64,000 nt of DNA from an uncultured Thermoleophilia bacterium (GCA_963715985.1 CAVQSP010000010.1:96001-160000), one strand, 5' to 3'; shown: positions 29,373 through 38,549, numbered from the stretch's first letter. Program-made: numbers and translations. Notes: generated by a model not told the origin, from the letters alone.

Positions 29373-29968
29373 TGGCCGACGCGTTCGACCCGACTCACGC
29401 CGGCCGACTGGAGGAACCGGCGCGGCTCGAGGCGCTGCCGCAGGCGGCCGTCGTCTCGCTGCTCCGCCTGAGCGGCGACGAGGTCGTCGTGGACTACGGC
29501 GCCGGCACCGGCGTCTACACGATGGCCGTCGTGGAGGCTGTGCCGCGCGGCCGCGTCATCGCCGTGGAGGCGCTGCCGACGCTTGCGGACAAGCTCCGCG
29601 AGCGGGCAGCGGCCGTGCCGGGAGCGCTCGAGCGCCTGGAGATCGTGACCACCGACGCGAACGCTGTCGCGGCAGCCGACGGCGTCGCCGACCGCATCGT
29701 CATGGTCGACGTGCTCCATCACCTGTTCGACCAGCCGGCGGCGCTCGCCGAAGTGGTGCGGCTGCTGCGCCCGGGCGGGCTGCTCGTTATGGCGGACTGG
29801 GGCGACAAGCCCGCGCCCTGCTCGGCCCGCCCACTCGACCACGTGCTCGGCCTGGCCGCTGTGCGCGACATCGTGCGCGACATGGGCCTCGACGAGCTTG
29901 AGGCGCATGAGCAGGGCGACGGCCTGCCCTACCACCTCACGGTGGTGGCGCGGAAGCCGGCGGACTGA
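29372..29968 (+). CDS. Class I SAM-dependent methyltransferase
   Basis: VVDYGAGTG, VLHH, LRPGG. Confidence 0.88.
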   Translation: MADAFDPTHAGRLEEPARLEALPQAAVVSLLRLSGDEVVVDYGAGTGVYTMAVVEAVPRGRVIAVEALPTLADKLRERAAAVPGALERLEIVTTDANAVAAADGVADRIVMVDVLHHLFDQPAALAEVVRLLRPGGLLVMADWGDKPAPCSARPLDHVLGLAAVRDIVRDMGLDELEAHEQGDGLPYHLTVVARKPAD

Positions 29969-30026
29969 TGCGACGCCGCGGCGGCGGGTCTCCCCCTCGC
30001 CCGCCGCTGCGGCGCTGCTTCACCAG

Positions 30027-30278
30027 CTACACCGTCCTGCGTACGAACAGCCGCAGGTAGCCTGGCCCCTCGAGCGTGCCGAGGAACTCGTTGCCGGTCC
30101 GCTTGGCCCAGGCCGGGATGTCGCTGCCAGCGCCCGCGTCGGTGGCCTGGACCTCCATCACTCCGCCGGCGGAGACGCCGGCGATGGCTTTGCTGGCGGC
30201 CAGGACGGGCACCGGACACAGGGTGCCGCGGCTGTCGACGATCTTCTCGACCGGGATGGTTGTGAGGTCTTCAGTCAT
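30027..30278 (-). CDS. tusA: Sulfur carrier, TusA family (copy 2)
   Basis: DSRGTLCPVP, TD..DIPAW. Confidence 0.92.
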   Translation of the reverse strand: MTEDLTTIPVEKIVDSRGTLCPVPVLAASKAIAGVSAGGVMEVQATDAGAGSDIPAWAKRTGNEFLGTLEGPGYLRLFVRRTV

Positions 30279-30326
30279 GACCCTGCTGTGCGCCATGGCC
30301 GGCATCCTCAAACCAGCGGGCGGACG

Positions 30327-30737
30327 TCAGAACACCTGGACGACGTCCGCCTCCTCACACTTCACGATGTACTCGGCGATGCCGACGATGTCGTCGCAGA
30401 TGTCGACGAAGTCGTCGAGGCCGCCGGCGCCCAGCTCTTTCGGGCCGTGCCGCACACGTCGACTCTGCACCTTGCCGTCCGCGCGCAGCTTGCGCAGGTT
30501 CTCGAGGGGGTCCGGTACCGCGTGCTCGGCCATGCCGGCCCGCATCTCGTCGTGGAGCTCGGGCCGGTCCACGTGTGTGCCGTTCTCGGCGACGTCCTTG
30601 CGGAACGCGTAGGCGCCGCCGAGCAGCAGGTATATATCCACGTCCATGTCCAGGGCCACGGCGCCGCCGGTGACGGTGCTCGTGACGAGGAGCTTCTCCA
30701 GGCTGCCGCTGGCCAGCCCGATCGCCATCTTGCTCAT
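30327..30737 (-). CDS. DsrE/DsrF-like protein (probable compensating frameshifts near 30440-30467)
   Basis: GAVALDMDVDIYLLLGG, DDIVGIAEY; VDVCGTA read in the alternate frame. Confidence 0.8.
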   Translation of the reverse strand: MSKMAIGLASGSLEKLLVTSTVTGGAVALDMDVDIYLLLGGAYAFRKDVAENGTHVDRPELHDEMRAGMAEHAVPDPLENLRKLRADGKVQSRRVRHGPKELGAGGLDDFVDICDDIVGIAEYIVKCEEADVVQVF

Positions 30738-30849
30738 AGTGCCCCCTTTCGGTCCGCCTCCCGGCGGGACGTCGTCAAGCAGCCGACGCCGGCGGCGCCC
30801 CTCGCGGGGCGCCGCCGGCAGACGGTCGAACAGCGCGGTGCGGCGTCCG

Positions 30850-31989
30850 TCACGCGGCCTCGGCTGCCGCCCGGTTCTTGGCCCTCGCCGCGGCTGTCTC
30901 CTCCGCGTGCACCTTCACCGTCGAGAAGTAGATGGCCAGCGGCCGGTAGGCCAGGTGTGCCCACTTGCCGAACGGCACCTCGAGCACCAGCATCGGCACT
31001 ACGCCCATAAGGTGGATGATGTACATCACGTTGGCCGCCTCATCGAGGCCGGAGCGGTGCAGCAGGTTCTGCAGGACGCCCGTGACCGCCACCCAGAGCA
31101 GCAGGTAGAGGAACATCCAGTCGCTCTCGTGCGAGTGCTGGTGCTGGGGGCTGTCCTTCTTGATACGGCCGCGCAGGTTGATGATCACCGCGGCGATCAG
31201 CCCGATCGAGGCCAGGTACCCGAACGCGTGCACCCGCCAGTCGATCGCCGGCCCGGACTGCATCCTGTACAGGAAGAACATGATCAGCACGAGCATGGTC
31301 ACGTAGCTGAGCATCAGCGCCAGATGGATGGCCCACGGACGTTTGCGCTCACACTGGCGCATCTTCATCTGCGTGAAGAAGTGGTACGGCAGCTGGGGCA
31401 GGGCCGCGAGGTACGAGCCGATGCCGGCGCCCGAGCCGCGCATCACGAAGCGCCACATGCGCAGGACGTTGATGCCCAGCAGGATGACCAGGACGATGGC
31501 CATGGTCCAGTCGAAGCGGTGCACGTAGTGGGCGGGCAGGAAGGCGTTCTCGCCGTCGTACACGCTGAAGCTGCCGCCGTTCAGGATGCCGAACAGGATG
31601 AAGCCGACCGCCGTGAGCACCGCCGCGATCACGATGGCGATGATCTCCCAGGCGGGCGAACGGTAGAACAGCCCGCTGAGGCCGCTGAAGTCGTACTTGG
31701 ACGTGAGCCAGCGGCGCATGCTCATCATGGTCTCGCCGGGCTCGGCCTCCTTGGGGCACTGCTCCGAGCACTCGCCGCAGTAGTAGCACATCCACGGCTC
31801 GGTCTGGCTCTTGAGCTTGTCCTCAAGGCCCAGCTGCAGGGCGTGCATCGAGCGCCGCGGGATGATGGTGGACCCTTCCGAGTGCACGCACACCGCGGAG
31901 CAGTTGCCGCAGTTGAAGCACTTGTTGACGCTCTCGCCGCCGTAGGCCTGGAGCTCGTCGGCGAGCCCCGGTTTGATCTGTGTCGCCAT
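30850..31989 (-). CDS. QmoC-like membrane protein (2x[4Fe-4S] HdrC-like domain plus heme-b-type TM domain)
   Basis: CFNCGNCSAVC, CYYCGECSEQCP, several TM helices with His, PFGKWAHLAYRP. Confidence 0.88.
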   Translation of the reverse strand: MATQIKPGLADELQAYGGESVNKCFNCGNCSAVCVHSEGSTIIPRRSMHALQLGLEDKLKSQTEPWMCYYCGECSEQCPKEAEPGETMMSMRRWLTSKYDFSGLSGLFYRSPAWEIIAIVIAAVLTAVGFILFGILNGGSFSVYDGENAFLPAHYVHRFDWTMAIVLVILLGINVLRMWRFVMRGSGAGIGSYLAALPQLPYHFFTQMKMRQCERKRPWAIHLALMLSYVTMLVLIMFFLYRMQSGPAIDWRVHAFGYLASIGLIAAVIINLRGRIKKDSPQHQHSHESDWMFLYLLLWVAVTGVLQNLLHRSGLDEAANVMYIIHLMGVVPMLVLEVPFGKWAHLAYRPLAIYFSTVKVHAEETAAARAKNRAAAEAA

Positions 31990-32000
31990 TGTCTCCCCGC

Positions 32001-32483
32001 CTAGATGAACAGGTTGACGTTGGCCTCGTCGGCGTGACCGAGGTACGCGGCCACGCCTTCGAACTCGACGTCGTCGATCAGCTCCTCCTCCTTGAAACCG
32101 AGGATGTCCATGCTGAGCGTGCAGGCGACGAACTTGACGCCCTGCTCGCGAGCGCTGTCGAACAGTTCCTCGAGCGACATGCCGCCGGCGTCCTTGGTGG
32201 CTCTACGCATCATGGGGCTGCCGGCGCCGGCGAAGTTCATCTTGGAGAGGCCGAGCTTCTTGGTGCCCTTGGGCATCATCTTGCCGAACATCGACTGCAG
32301 AGTGGTCTTCTTGGCGGCGCTCTCGACCTTCTCCGTCTTGCGCAGGATGTTGAGCCCCCAGAAGGTGCAGAAGATGGTGACGTCGTCGCCCATCGCCGCG
32401 GCGCCGTTGGCGATGATCAGGGCGGCCATGACCTTGTCGAAGTCACCGCTGAACAGGATGATCGTCTTCTTGGTGGTGTCCAT
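32001..32483 (-). CDS. DsrE2/DsrF-like sulfur-transfer family protein
   Basis: FSGDFDK, FCTFWGL, LSKMNFAG, VACTLSMD. Confidence 0.92.
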   Translation of the reverse strand: MDTTKKTIILFSGDFDKVMAALIIANGAAAMGDDVTIFCTFWGLNILRKTEKVESAAKKTTLQSMFGKMMPKGTKKLGLSKMNFAGAGSPMMRRATKDAGGMSLEELFDSAREQGVKFVACTLSMDILGFKEEELIDDVEFEGVAAYLGHADEANVNLFI

Positions 32484-32758
32484 CAGGACCCCTCTCTCGG
32501 GACAGCTTGATAGGGGAAGTAACCGTCGTCGTCGACCTCTTTGATCTCGGCGATCCAGCCGTACTTGCGCAGGCCCATCACCCAGAAGGTGACTTCACGC
32601 GTGGGCTTGCCGACGGCCGCGGCGATCTGCGGGATGGTCTGGGGCCCGTCTTCGAGTGCCTTGAGGATGACGGGCCTCATCGCATGTTCGTCGCGGATGA
32701 CCTCGCGCACGGGGCGCAGGGCCGGCGTGGGTGTGGTCTCGGGTGCGGTCGTGCTCAC
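32483..32758 (-). CDS. Small winged-helix protein
   Basis: ILKALEDGPQTIPQIAAAVG..MGLRKYG; start and stop overlap both neighbours. Confidence 0.8.
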   Translation of the reverse strand: MSTTAPETTPTPALRPVREVIRDEHAMRPVILKALEDGPQTIPQIAAAVGKPTREVTFWVMGLRKYGWIAEIKEVDDDGYFPYQAVPREGS

Positions 32759-34491
32759 TGGCACACCACCTCCAGCATGCCGTCGATCATGCTTCGGATC
32801 TGGGCGTCGGTGTAGCCCTGCAGGTCGATGGCGTCGGACGGGCACACCGGGACGCAGCCGCCGCAGCCCTTGCACGCGGTCTTGGAGATCGTCGCGATCT
32901 CCTTGCCGTCGAGCGGGACCCTGGCGATGGCGTCGTACGGGCACGTGGTCTCGCAGGCGCCGCACCAGGTGCACGCGTCGGTGTCCACCGTGGCGACCAG
33001 CGGGTCGAGTTCCGCGAACCCCCGCTTGAGGATGGCGGCGCTCTGCGTGACCGCCGCCAGGCCCGAAGCGACACTCTCGGAGGAGGTGCGCGGCGCCTGG
33101 CAGCAGCCACAGATGTAGGCGCCGTCCACCACGGTCTCCACGGGGCGCAGCTTGGGGTGGATCTCGTTGTAGAAGCCGCTCTGACCGATAGGGAGCTTGA
33201 GGGCCTTGGTGAGGCCCTCGTTCTCGCGCGGCACCATGCCGGTGACGAGCACGACCAGGTCGGCGGTGAGCGCGACCTCCTCGCCTTCGCTCAGGAGGTC
33301 GCGGGCGGTCACGGTGACGCCGCCGCCCGGCGCCTTCTCGACGGCCGGCGGCTCGTCGTCGGGGAACTTGATGAAGGCGGAGCCCTTCTCCAGCGCCTCG
33401 GCGTACAGGAGTTCGTACTTACCGTAGGTGCGGATGTCGCGGTAGAAGTGGTACTGGTGCACCTTGCCGGGCAGGTCGGCGACCATGGTCGCCGTGTGCA
33501 CGGCGGCGGTGCAGCAGTAGCGCGAGCAGTAGGTGTTGCCACCCTCGACGTCCTCTCCCTGACGGGAGCCGACGCAGTAGATGTAGGCGACGGTCTTGAC
33601 CGGGCGGCCGTTGTACTGCAGCGGGCCGCCCTCCTCCACCATCTTCTTGAACTCGGCGATGGTGACCACGCCGTCCAGGCCGTAGCCGAGCTCGCCGTCG
33701 GCGGGCTGGTACGTGTCGGCGCCGGTGGCGATGACGATGGAGCCCACGTCCACGGTGATGGTCTCGAGCTGCTCGCCGTGCTGCACGGCCAGCGTGACCT
33801 CGTAGTTGCCGAAGCTGCCCGCCTTGGCGACCAGCTCGGCCTGCGTGAACACGGTGATGGCGGGGTGGCTGCGCACGGCCTGCTCGAGCTTCGCGATCAG
33901 CTCGAGGCCGTTACGACCGTGCGGGAACATGGTCTTGAACTCGCCCACCCGGCCACCGAGCTTGGCCTCCTTCTCGATGAGGAAGACGGAGAGGCCGACC
34001 TCGGCCAGGCCGAGGGCGGCGCGCAGGCCGGTGATGCCGCCGCCCACCACGAGGCTCTTGGGTGTGGTCTCGACGACGATCGGCTCGAGCGGGTCGGTAA
34101 GGCGCGTGCGGTTGATGCCCGCGCGCACCAGGCGCAGGGCCTTCTCGGTGGCGCCGGCGTGGTCGTCGGTGTGCGTCCACGAGCACTGCTCGCGCACGTT
34201 CACCTGTGTGTACTGGAACGGGTTCATGCCCGCGCGCTTGGCGACGTCGCGGAACGTGAAGGTGTGCAGCTTGGGCGAGCAGGAGGCGATGACGAGCCCG
34301 TCCAGGCCCTGCTCCTGCGCGTCGGCGATGATCTCGCTCTGCGTGGCGTCCGAGCACGTGAACATGGCCGTCTTGGCCACGCTCACGCCCTCCTCCTTCT
34401 CGACGGCGGCGACGACCTCGTCCACATCCACGTGGTCGCCGATGTTGCCGCCGCACTGGCAGACGTAGACGCCGATCTTCCTGGCGCTCAT
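32755..34491 (-). CDS. hdrA: Heterodisulfide reductase subunit A family protein (QmoB-like position)
   Basis: GVYVCQCGGNI, ASCSP, VREQCSW, GGGITG, CVGSR, YCSRYCC, C-terminal 2x[4Fe-4S]. Confidence 0.93.
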   Translation of the reverse strand: MSARKIGVYVCQCGGNIGDHVDVDEVVAAVEKEEGVSVAKTAMFTCSDATQSEIIADAQEQGLDGLVIASCSPKLHTFTFRDVAKRAGMNPFQYTQVNVREQCSWTHTDDHAGATEKALRLVRAGINRTRLTDPLEPIVVETTPKSLVVGGGITGLRAALGLAEVGLSVFLIEKEAKLGGRVGEFKTMFPHGRNGLELIAKLEQAVRSHPAITVFTQAELVAKAGSFGNYEVTLAVQHGEQLETITVDVGSIVIATGADTYQPADGELGYGLDGVVTIAEFKKMVEEGGPLQYNGRPVKTVAYIYCVGSRQGEDVEGGNTYCSRYCCTAAVHTATMVADLPGKVHQYHFYRDIRTYGKYELLYAEALEKGSAFIKFPDDEPPAVEKAPGGGVTVTARDLLSEGEEVALTADLVVLVTGMVPRENEGLTKALKLPIGQSGFYNEIHPKLRPVETVVDGAYICGCCQAPRTSSESVASGLAAVTQSAAILKRGFAELDPLVATVDTDACTWCGACETTCPYDAIARVPLDGKEIATISKTACKGCGGCVPVCPSDAIDLQGYTDAQIRSMIDGMLEVVCQ

Positions 34492-37274
34492 GAGGCCACC
34501 TCCACCATCGCCGGCTCAGAGACCGCGGGGGCTTCCTTGGCTTTGGCCTTCTCGATGTGCGCGGCGGCCTGGGCTACCGCGGCCCCCGCGTGCAGGATGG
34601 AGTCGGGGATGTCCTTCACGCCCGAGGCCGAGCCGGCCACGAACACGCCGGGCAGGTTGGTGCGCCCGGGGTCCAGGTCCTCGTCGGCCTCGCCGACGTA
34701 CATGTACTCGTCGAGGGCAAGCTGACCCTCGTCGAACAGGTGGGCGGCCTCCATGTTGGGGCGCACGCCCACGGCCAGCACGACCATGTCGTACTCGGCC
34801 TCCACGATGCCGCCGTCTCCCTCGATGTCTTCGTAGCGGACGATGAGGTTACCGTTCTCCTTCTCCGTGATCTTCGCCACACGGCCCTTGACGAACATGG
34901 CGCCCATGTCCTTGGCCTGCTGGTAGAACTCGTCATAGCCCTTGCCCACGGCGCGCACGTCCATGTAGTGGACGGTCACGTCGGCCAGCGGCAGGGCGCC
35001 CATCACGAGCTGGTTGTGCTTGACGGAGTACATGCAGCAGATGCGCGAGCACAGCGGGTTGTCCACCTGCGCGTCGCGCGAGCCCGTGCACATGATGTAG
35101 GCGATGCTGTCCGGCACCTTGCCGTCGCCGGGGCGCACCACGCCGTTGAACGGGCGCGTCGGGGCGAGCAGGCGGTCCATCTGCATGCCGGTGATGACGT
35201 TGGCGAACTTGCCGTAGCCGTACTCCGGCTTGGCGTCGGCCGGGAAGAGCGTGAAGCCGGTGGCCAGGACGACGGCGTCCACGTCCACCTCGAGGTCCTC
35301 GCCGCGCATGCTGAAGTCGATGCAGTCGGCCGGACAGGCGTCCACGCAGGCGTGGCACTCGGAGCACACGCCGCAGTCCAGGCAGCGGGCCGAGCCGAGG
35401 AAGGCTTCGTCCTCGGTCATGGGGCCCTCGGTCTCGCCGAAGTCCGTGGGGGAGGCGCTCATCTGGGCGTGGGACTCCAGGGGCTCGCGGCGGTCGTACA
35501 CGTCCTGCCGCCCGAGCACCTTCTTCTTGTCCGCGACCGGGAGCGCCTCGTCGAAGGCGTCCGCGTCCAGGGCCTCGCCCTGGAGGTAGCGGTCGATCAT
35601 GAAGGCGGCGCGGCGGCCTTGGCCGACGGCCGTGGTGATCATCGTAGGGCCGGTGACCACGTCTCCGGCGGCGAAGATGTGCGGCACCGACGTCTGCAGC
35701 GTGTCGGGATCGGCCTTGAGCGTGCGGTTGCCGTTGGTCTCGAGGCCGAACTTCTCGGTGTCGGCGCCCATGCCGGCGGCGACGATGACCACGTCGCACT
35801 CCACCGTCTGCTGCTTGCTCTCGTCGTACTCGGGGGCGAACTTGCCCTCGGGATCGAAGACGCAGGAGCAGACCTTGAGCACGGCGCTCTCGACCCTGCC
35901 GTTGCCGGTGAAATGGTTGACGCCCCAGCCGTCGTGCAGCGTGATGCCCTCGGCCTTGGCCTCCTCGACCTCGAAGTCGTGGGCCGGCATGTCCTCGCAG
36001 CACTCCAGGCTGGCCTGGTGGACGGCTGCGGCGCCGAGGCGGCGCGCCGAGCGCGCCGCGTCGATGGCCACGTTGCCGCCGCCGACCACGAGCACCTTCT
36101 TGCCGGTGAGGTCGACGTTGCGGCCGAGCTTGACGTCGGCGAGGAAGGTGAGGGCGCTCATGACGCCGTCCTTGTCCTCGCCGGGCACGTTCAGCTTCAC
36201 AGCCCGGTGCGTGCCCGTCGCCATGAGGACGGCGTCGAAGCCGCCCGCGGCGAGCTCCGCCGGGTCCTCGACCCTGACGCCGGTCTCGATCTCGACGCCG
36301 ATGGCCGTGACGTTGGAGATGTCGTCGTCGATCACGTCGTTCGGAAGGCGGTAGGCGGGGATGCCGAGGCGGAGCATGCCGCCCGCGGCGGGCGCCGCCT
36401 CGAGGATCTTGACGCCGTAGCCCTTGCGCGCGAGCTGCCAGGCGGCCGTGAGGCCGGCCGGGCCCGAGCCCACCACGGCGACCTTCTTGCCGTTCTGCTC
36501 GGGCTTCTCATGGCCTTGCGGCTCCGCCTGGCCGTACCGCTTGTCGGCGATGAAGCGCTTGAGGCGGCGGATGGGCAGCGGCCCCTCGAGCTCGCCGCGC
36601 GTGCACTCGCCCTCGCAGGGCGCGTAGCAGGCGCGCCCGAGCGAGCCCACGAGCGGCGTCGTCTCGAGCACGAGGTCGAAGGCCTGGTCGTACTCGCCGC
36701 TGCGCACGCGGGCCACGTAGCCGTGCGCCTTGATGCCGGCGGGGCACTCGTAGGTGCAGGGCGACACGCCCTCACGCGTGATCACGGCCTTCTTGGGGAC
36801 CGCCTGCGGAAAGGCGATGAAGGCGGCGCGCCGCGACACCATGTCGGCGTTGAACTCGTCGGGCACGGCCACGTTGCATGCCATCTCGCACTGGCGGCAG
36901 CCGGTGCACGCGGCCTCGTCGATGAACTTGGGGTTCTGGCGCACGGTGGCGTGGTAGCCGCCGTTGCCGTCGGTGCGGATGCCCTCCACCTGGGCGTAGG
37001 TGAGGACGTCGATGTTGGGGTGGTGGATGGTGGCGCCCATCTTGGGGGTGGAGATGCAGCTGGCGCAGTCGAGCGTGGGGAAGACCTTGCTGAGCAGGAT
37101 CATCTTGCCGCCCACGCTGGGCGCCTTCTCGACGACGAGCACCTTGTAGCCCATGTCGCCGAGCTTGAGGGCCGACTCCATCCCGCCGATGCCGCTGCCC
37201 ACCACGAGAGCGTCGTACTTGAGCGGTGCACCTTCGGCGCCCCGCTCGATGGCCCCGCTGCGTTCGCCATTCAT
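34488..37274 (-). CDS. HdrA-family protein with inserted GltD-like NAD(P)H-binding module (HdrL-like)
   Basis: GSGIGG, KVFPTLDCASC, CTGCRQC, LGRACYAPCE, GSGPAG, GGGNVAID, CTGSRD, CSRICC. Confidence 0.9.
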   Translation of the reverse strand: MNGERSGAIERGAEGAPLKYDALVVGSGIGGMESALKLGDMGYKVLVVEKAPSVGGKMILLSKVFPTLDCASCISTPKMGATIHHPNIDVLTYAQVEGIRTDGNGGYHATVRQNPKFIDEAACTGCRQCEMACNVAVPDEFNADMVSRRAAFIAFPQAVPKKAVITREGVSPCTYECPAGIKAHGYVARVRSGEYDQAFDLVLETTPLVGSLGRACYAPCEGECTRGELEGPLPIRRLKRFIADKRYGQAEPQGHEKPEQNGKKVAVVGSGPAGLTAAWQLARKGYGVKILEAAPAAGGMLRLGIPAYRLPNDVIDDDISNVTAIGVEIETGVRVEDPAELAAGGFDAVLMATGTHRAVKLNVPGEDKDGVMSALTFLADVKLGRNVDLTGKKVLVVGGGNVAIDAARSARRLGAAAVHQASLECCEDMPAHDFEVEEAKAEGITLHDGWGVNHFTGNGRVESAVLKVCSCVFDPEGKFAPEYDESKQQTVECDVVIVAAGMGADTEKFGLETNGNRTLKADPDTLQTSVPHIFAAGDVVTGPTMITTAVGQGRRAAFMIDRYLQGEALDADAFDEALPVADKKKVLGRQDVYDRREPLESHAQMSASPTDFGETEGPMTEDEAFLGSARCLDCGVCSECHACVDACPADCIDFSMRGEDLEVDVDAVVLATGFTLFPADAKPEYGYGKFANVITGMQMDRLLAPTRPFNGVVRPGDGKVPDSIAYIMCTGSRDAQVDNPLCSRICCMYSVKHNQLVMGALPLADVTVHYMDVRAVGKGYDEFYQQAKDMGAMFVKGRVAKITEKENGNLIVRYEDIEGDGGIVEAEYDMVVLAVGVRPNMEAAHLFDEGQLALDEYMYVGEADEDLDPGRTNLPGVFVAGSASGVKDIPDSILHAGAAVAQAAAHIEKAKAKEAPAVSEPAMVEVAS

Positions 37275-37708
37275 GCGTCGGCCTTTCGCGACGGACCCAG
37301 GCCCGAGAGGGCCGCGGCGTACTCGTGCATGTAGTTGGTGAAGGGCTCCGCGCACACGGAGCAGACCGCGGCCATGCGCACGCGCTGCGGCTCGTAGCCC
37401 TTCTCGACGAGAAGGTCCTGCGCGGTCTGCATGATGCCGGAGGTGCGCTCCGCGCAGTCCGGCAGGTACGCGCACTCCTCGCCGTCGGCGGCGATGAAGA
37501 CACCGTCGAAGCCCTGCTCCATCGCGTACAGGATCCAGCTGGGCTTCACCGCGCTGGTGCAGGGCAGGTTGATGACCATGACCTTGGGCGAGTAGTGCAT
37601 GTGCGAGCTGCCCGCCAGGTCGATGCCCGGGTCGGAGATGTTGTTGGTGCTGAAGACCAGGATGCGCGGGTCGTAGGCCTGGCCCTCAGATGCCTCGGCC
37701 GCAGCCAT
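37271..37708 (-). CDS. MvhD/FlpD-like iron-sulfur subunit, atypical Cys pattern
   Basis: PRILVF, DLAG, LPCTS, GFDGVFI, ECAY, CSVC. Confidence 0.82.
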   Translation of the reverse strand: MAAAEASEGQAYDPRILVFSTNNISDPGIDLAGSSHMHYSPKVMVINLPCTSAVKPSWILYAMEQGFDGVFIAADGEECAYLPDCAERTSGIMQTAQDLLVEKGYEPQRVRMAAVCSVCAEPFTNYMHEYAAALSGLGPSRKADA

Positions 37709-37710
37709 CG

Positions 37711-37962
37711 TCACTTCATCTTCCTCACGAAGAGGCGCATGTAGCCCGGCTCCTCGACCACGCCGAGGTACTCGTGACCCATCTTCTTGGACCACGCCGG
37801 GAGGTCCTTGGTGGTGCCGCTGTCGGTGGCCTGGACCTCCATGACGCCGCCGACGGAGACGCTGGGGATGCCCTTCTTGGCGGCGAGGATCGGACCGGGG
37901 CACGAGGTTCCGCGCGCGTCCACGATCTTCTCTACCTGGATGGTGCTGAGATCTTCCGACAT
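37711..37962 (-). CDS. tusA: Sulfur carrier, TusA family (copy 1)
   Basis: DARGTSCPGP, DLPAW; AAAGGAG RBS. Confidence 0.93.
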   Translation of the reverse strand: MSEDLSTIQVEKIVDARGTSCPGPILAAKKGIPSVSVGGVMEVQATDSGTTKDLPAWSKKMGHEYLGVVEEPGYMRLFVRKMK

Positions 37963-38102
37963 CGTTCTCTCCTTTGTGTCGCCGGCCCCTCGGCGCGGCT
38001 CTTGGACGCTTGTGCTTGTGCTTTCTTTCGCAAACGACGGGCGCAGGAGGCCCTCGTCTGGTGGTGCCTGTGGTCTGCGGTGGCCTTGCTTCCGGGAGGC
38101 GC

Positions 38103-38549
38103 TTATGCGCTCGCGGCCGGTGCGGCCGGTGCGGCCTGAACGGGTGCGACGGCCGGTCTCGCCGACGCCTCGGCGCCGGCGTCGGCCTCCAGAAGCTCGG
38201 CGGCGTGCAGTGACTCGCCCTGAGCCAGGTGCTGCTCCACCAGCGCCTGACGGATCAGGGCGCACGCCTGGATGAACTTCTGGTTGGTGACGCGGTAGTA
38301 CACGGTCTGGGCTTCCTTGCGGGAGGTGACCAGGCCGCGCTCCTTCAGCACGCGCAGGTGCTGCGACACGTTGTGCACCGAGATGCCGATCTCGGCGGCG
38401 AGGTCGCCGACGCACTTCTCGCCGTCGCCGATGGCGTGCAGGATGGCCTGGCGATGATCGTTGGCCAGCGCCTTACACAACTCGGCGTGCATGTGGTAGA
38501 CGGCCTTCAGATCTGGTGACTGGGTGCTGTCTGTGTCCATGGTCTCCAC
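38103..38549 (-). CDS. ArsR/SmtB family regulator
   Basis: CKALANDHR, NVSQHLRVL, QAC. Confidence 0.92.
   Translation of the reverse strand: METMDTDSTQSPDLKAVYHMHAELCKALANDHRQAILHAIGDGEKCVGDLAAEIGISVHNVSQHLRVLKERGLVTSRKEAQTVYYRVTNQKFIQACALIRQALVEQHLAQGESLHAAELLEADAGAEASARPAVAPVQAAPAAPAASA

Noticed and set aside
30850-37274. Evidence for dissimilatory sulfate reduction or methanogenesis
   Set aside because: No sat, aprAB, dsrAB, hdrB or mcr genes in the window; HdrA-family genes alone are not diagnostic
32755-37708. Selenocysteine in HdrA or MvhD subunits
   Set aside because: Frames are uninterrupted and the terminal TGAs overlap the next start codons
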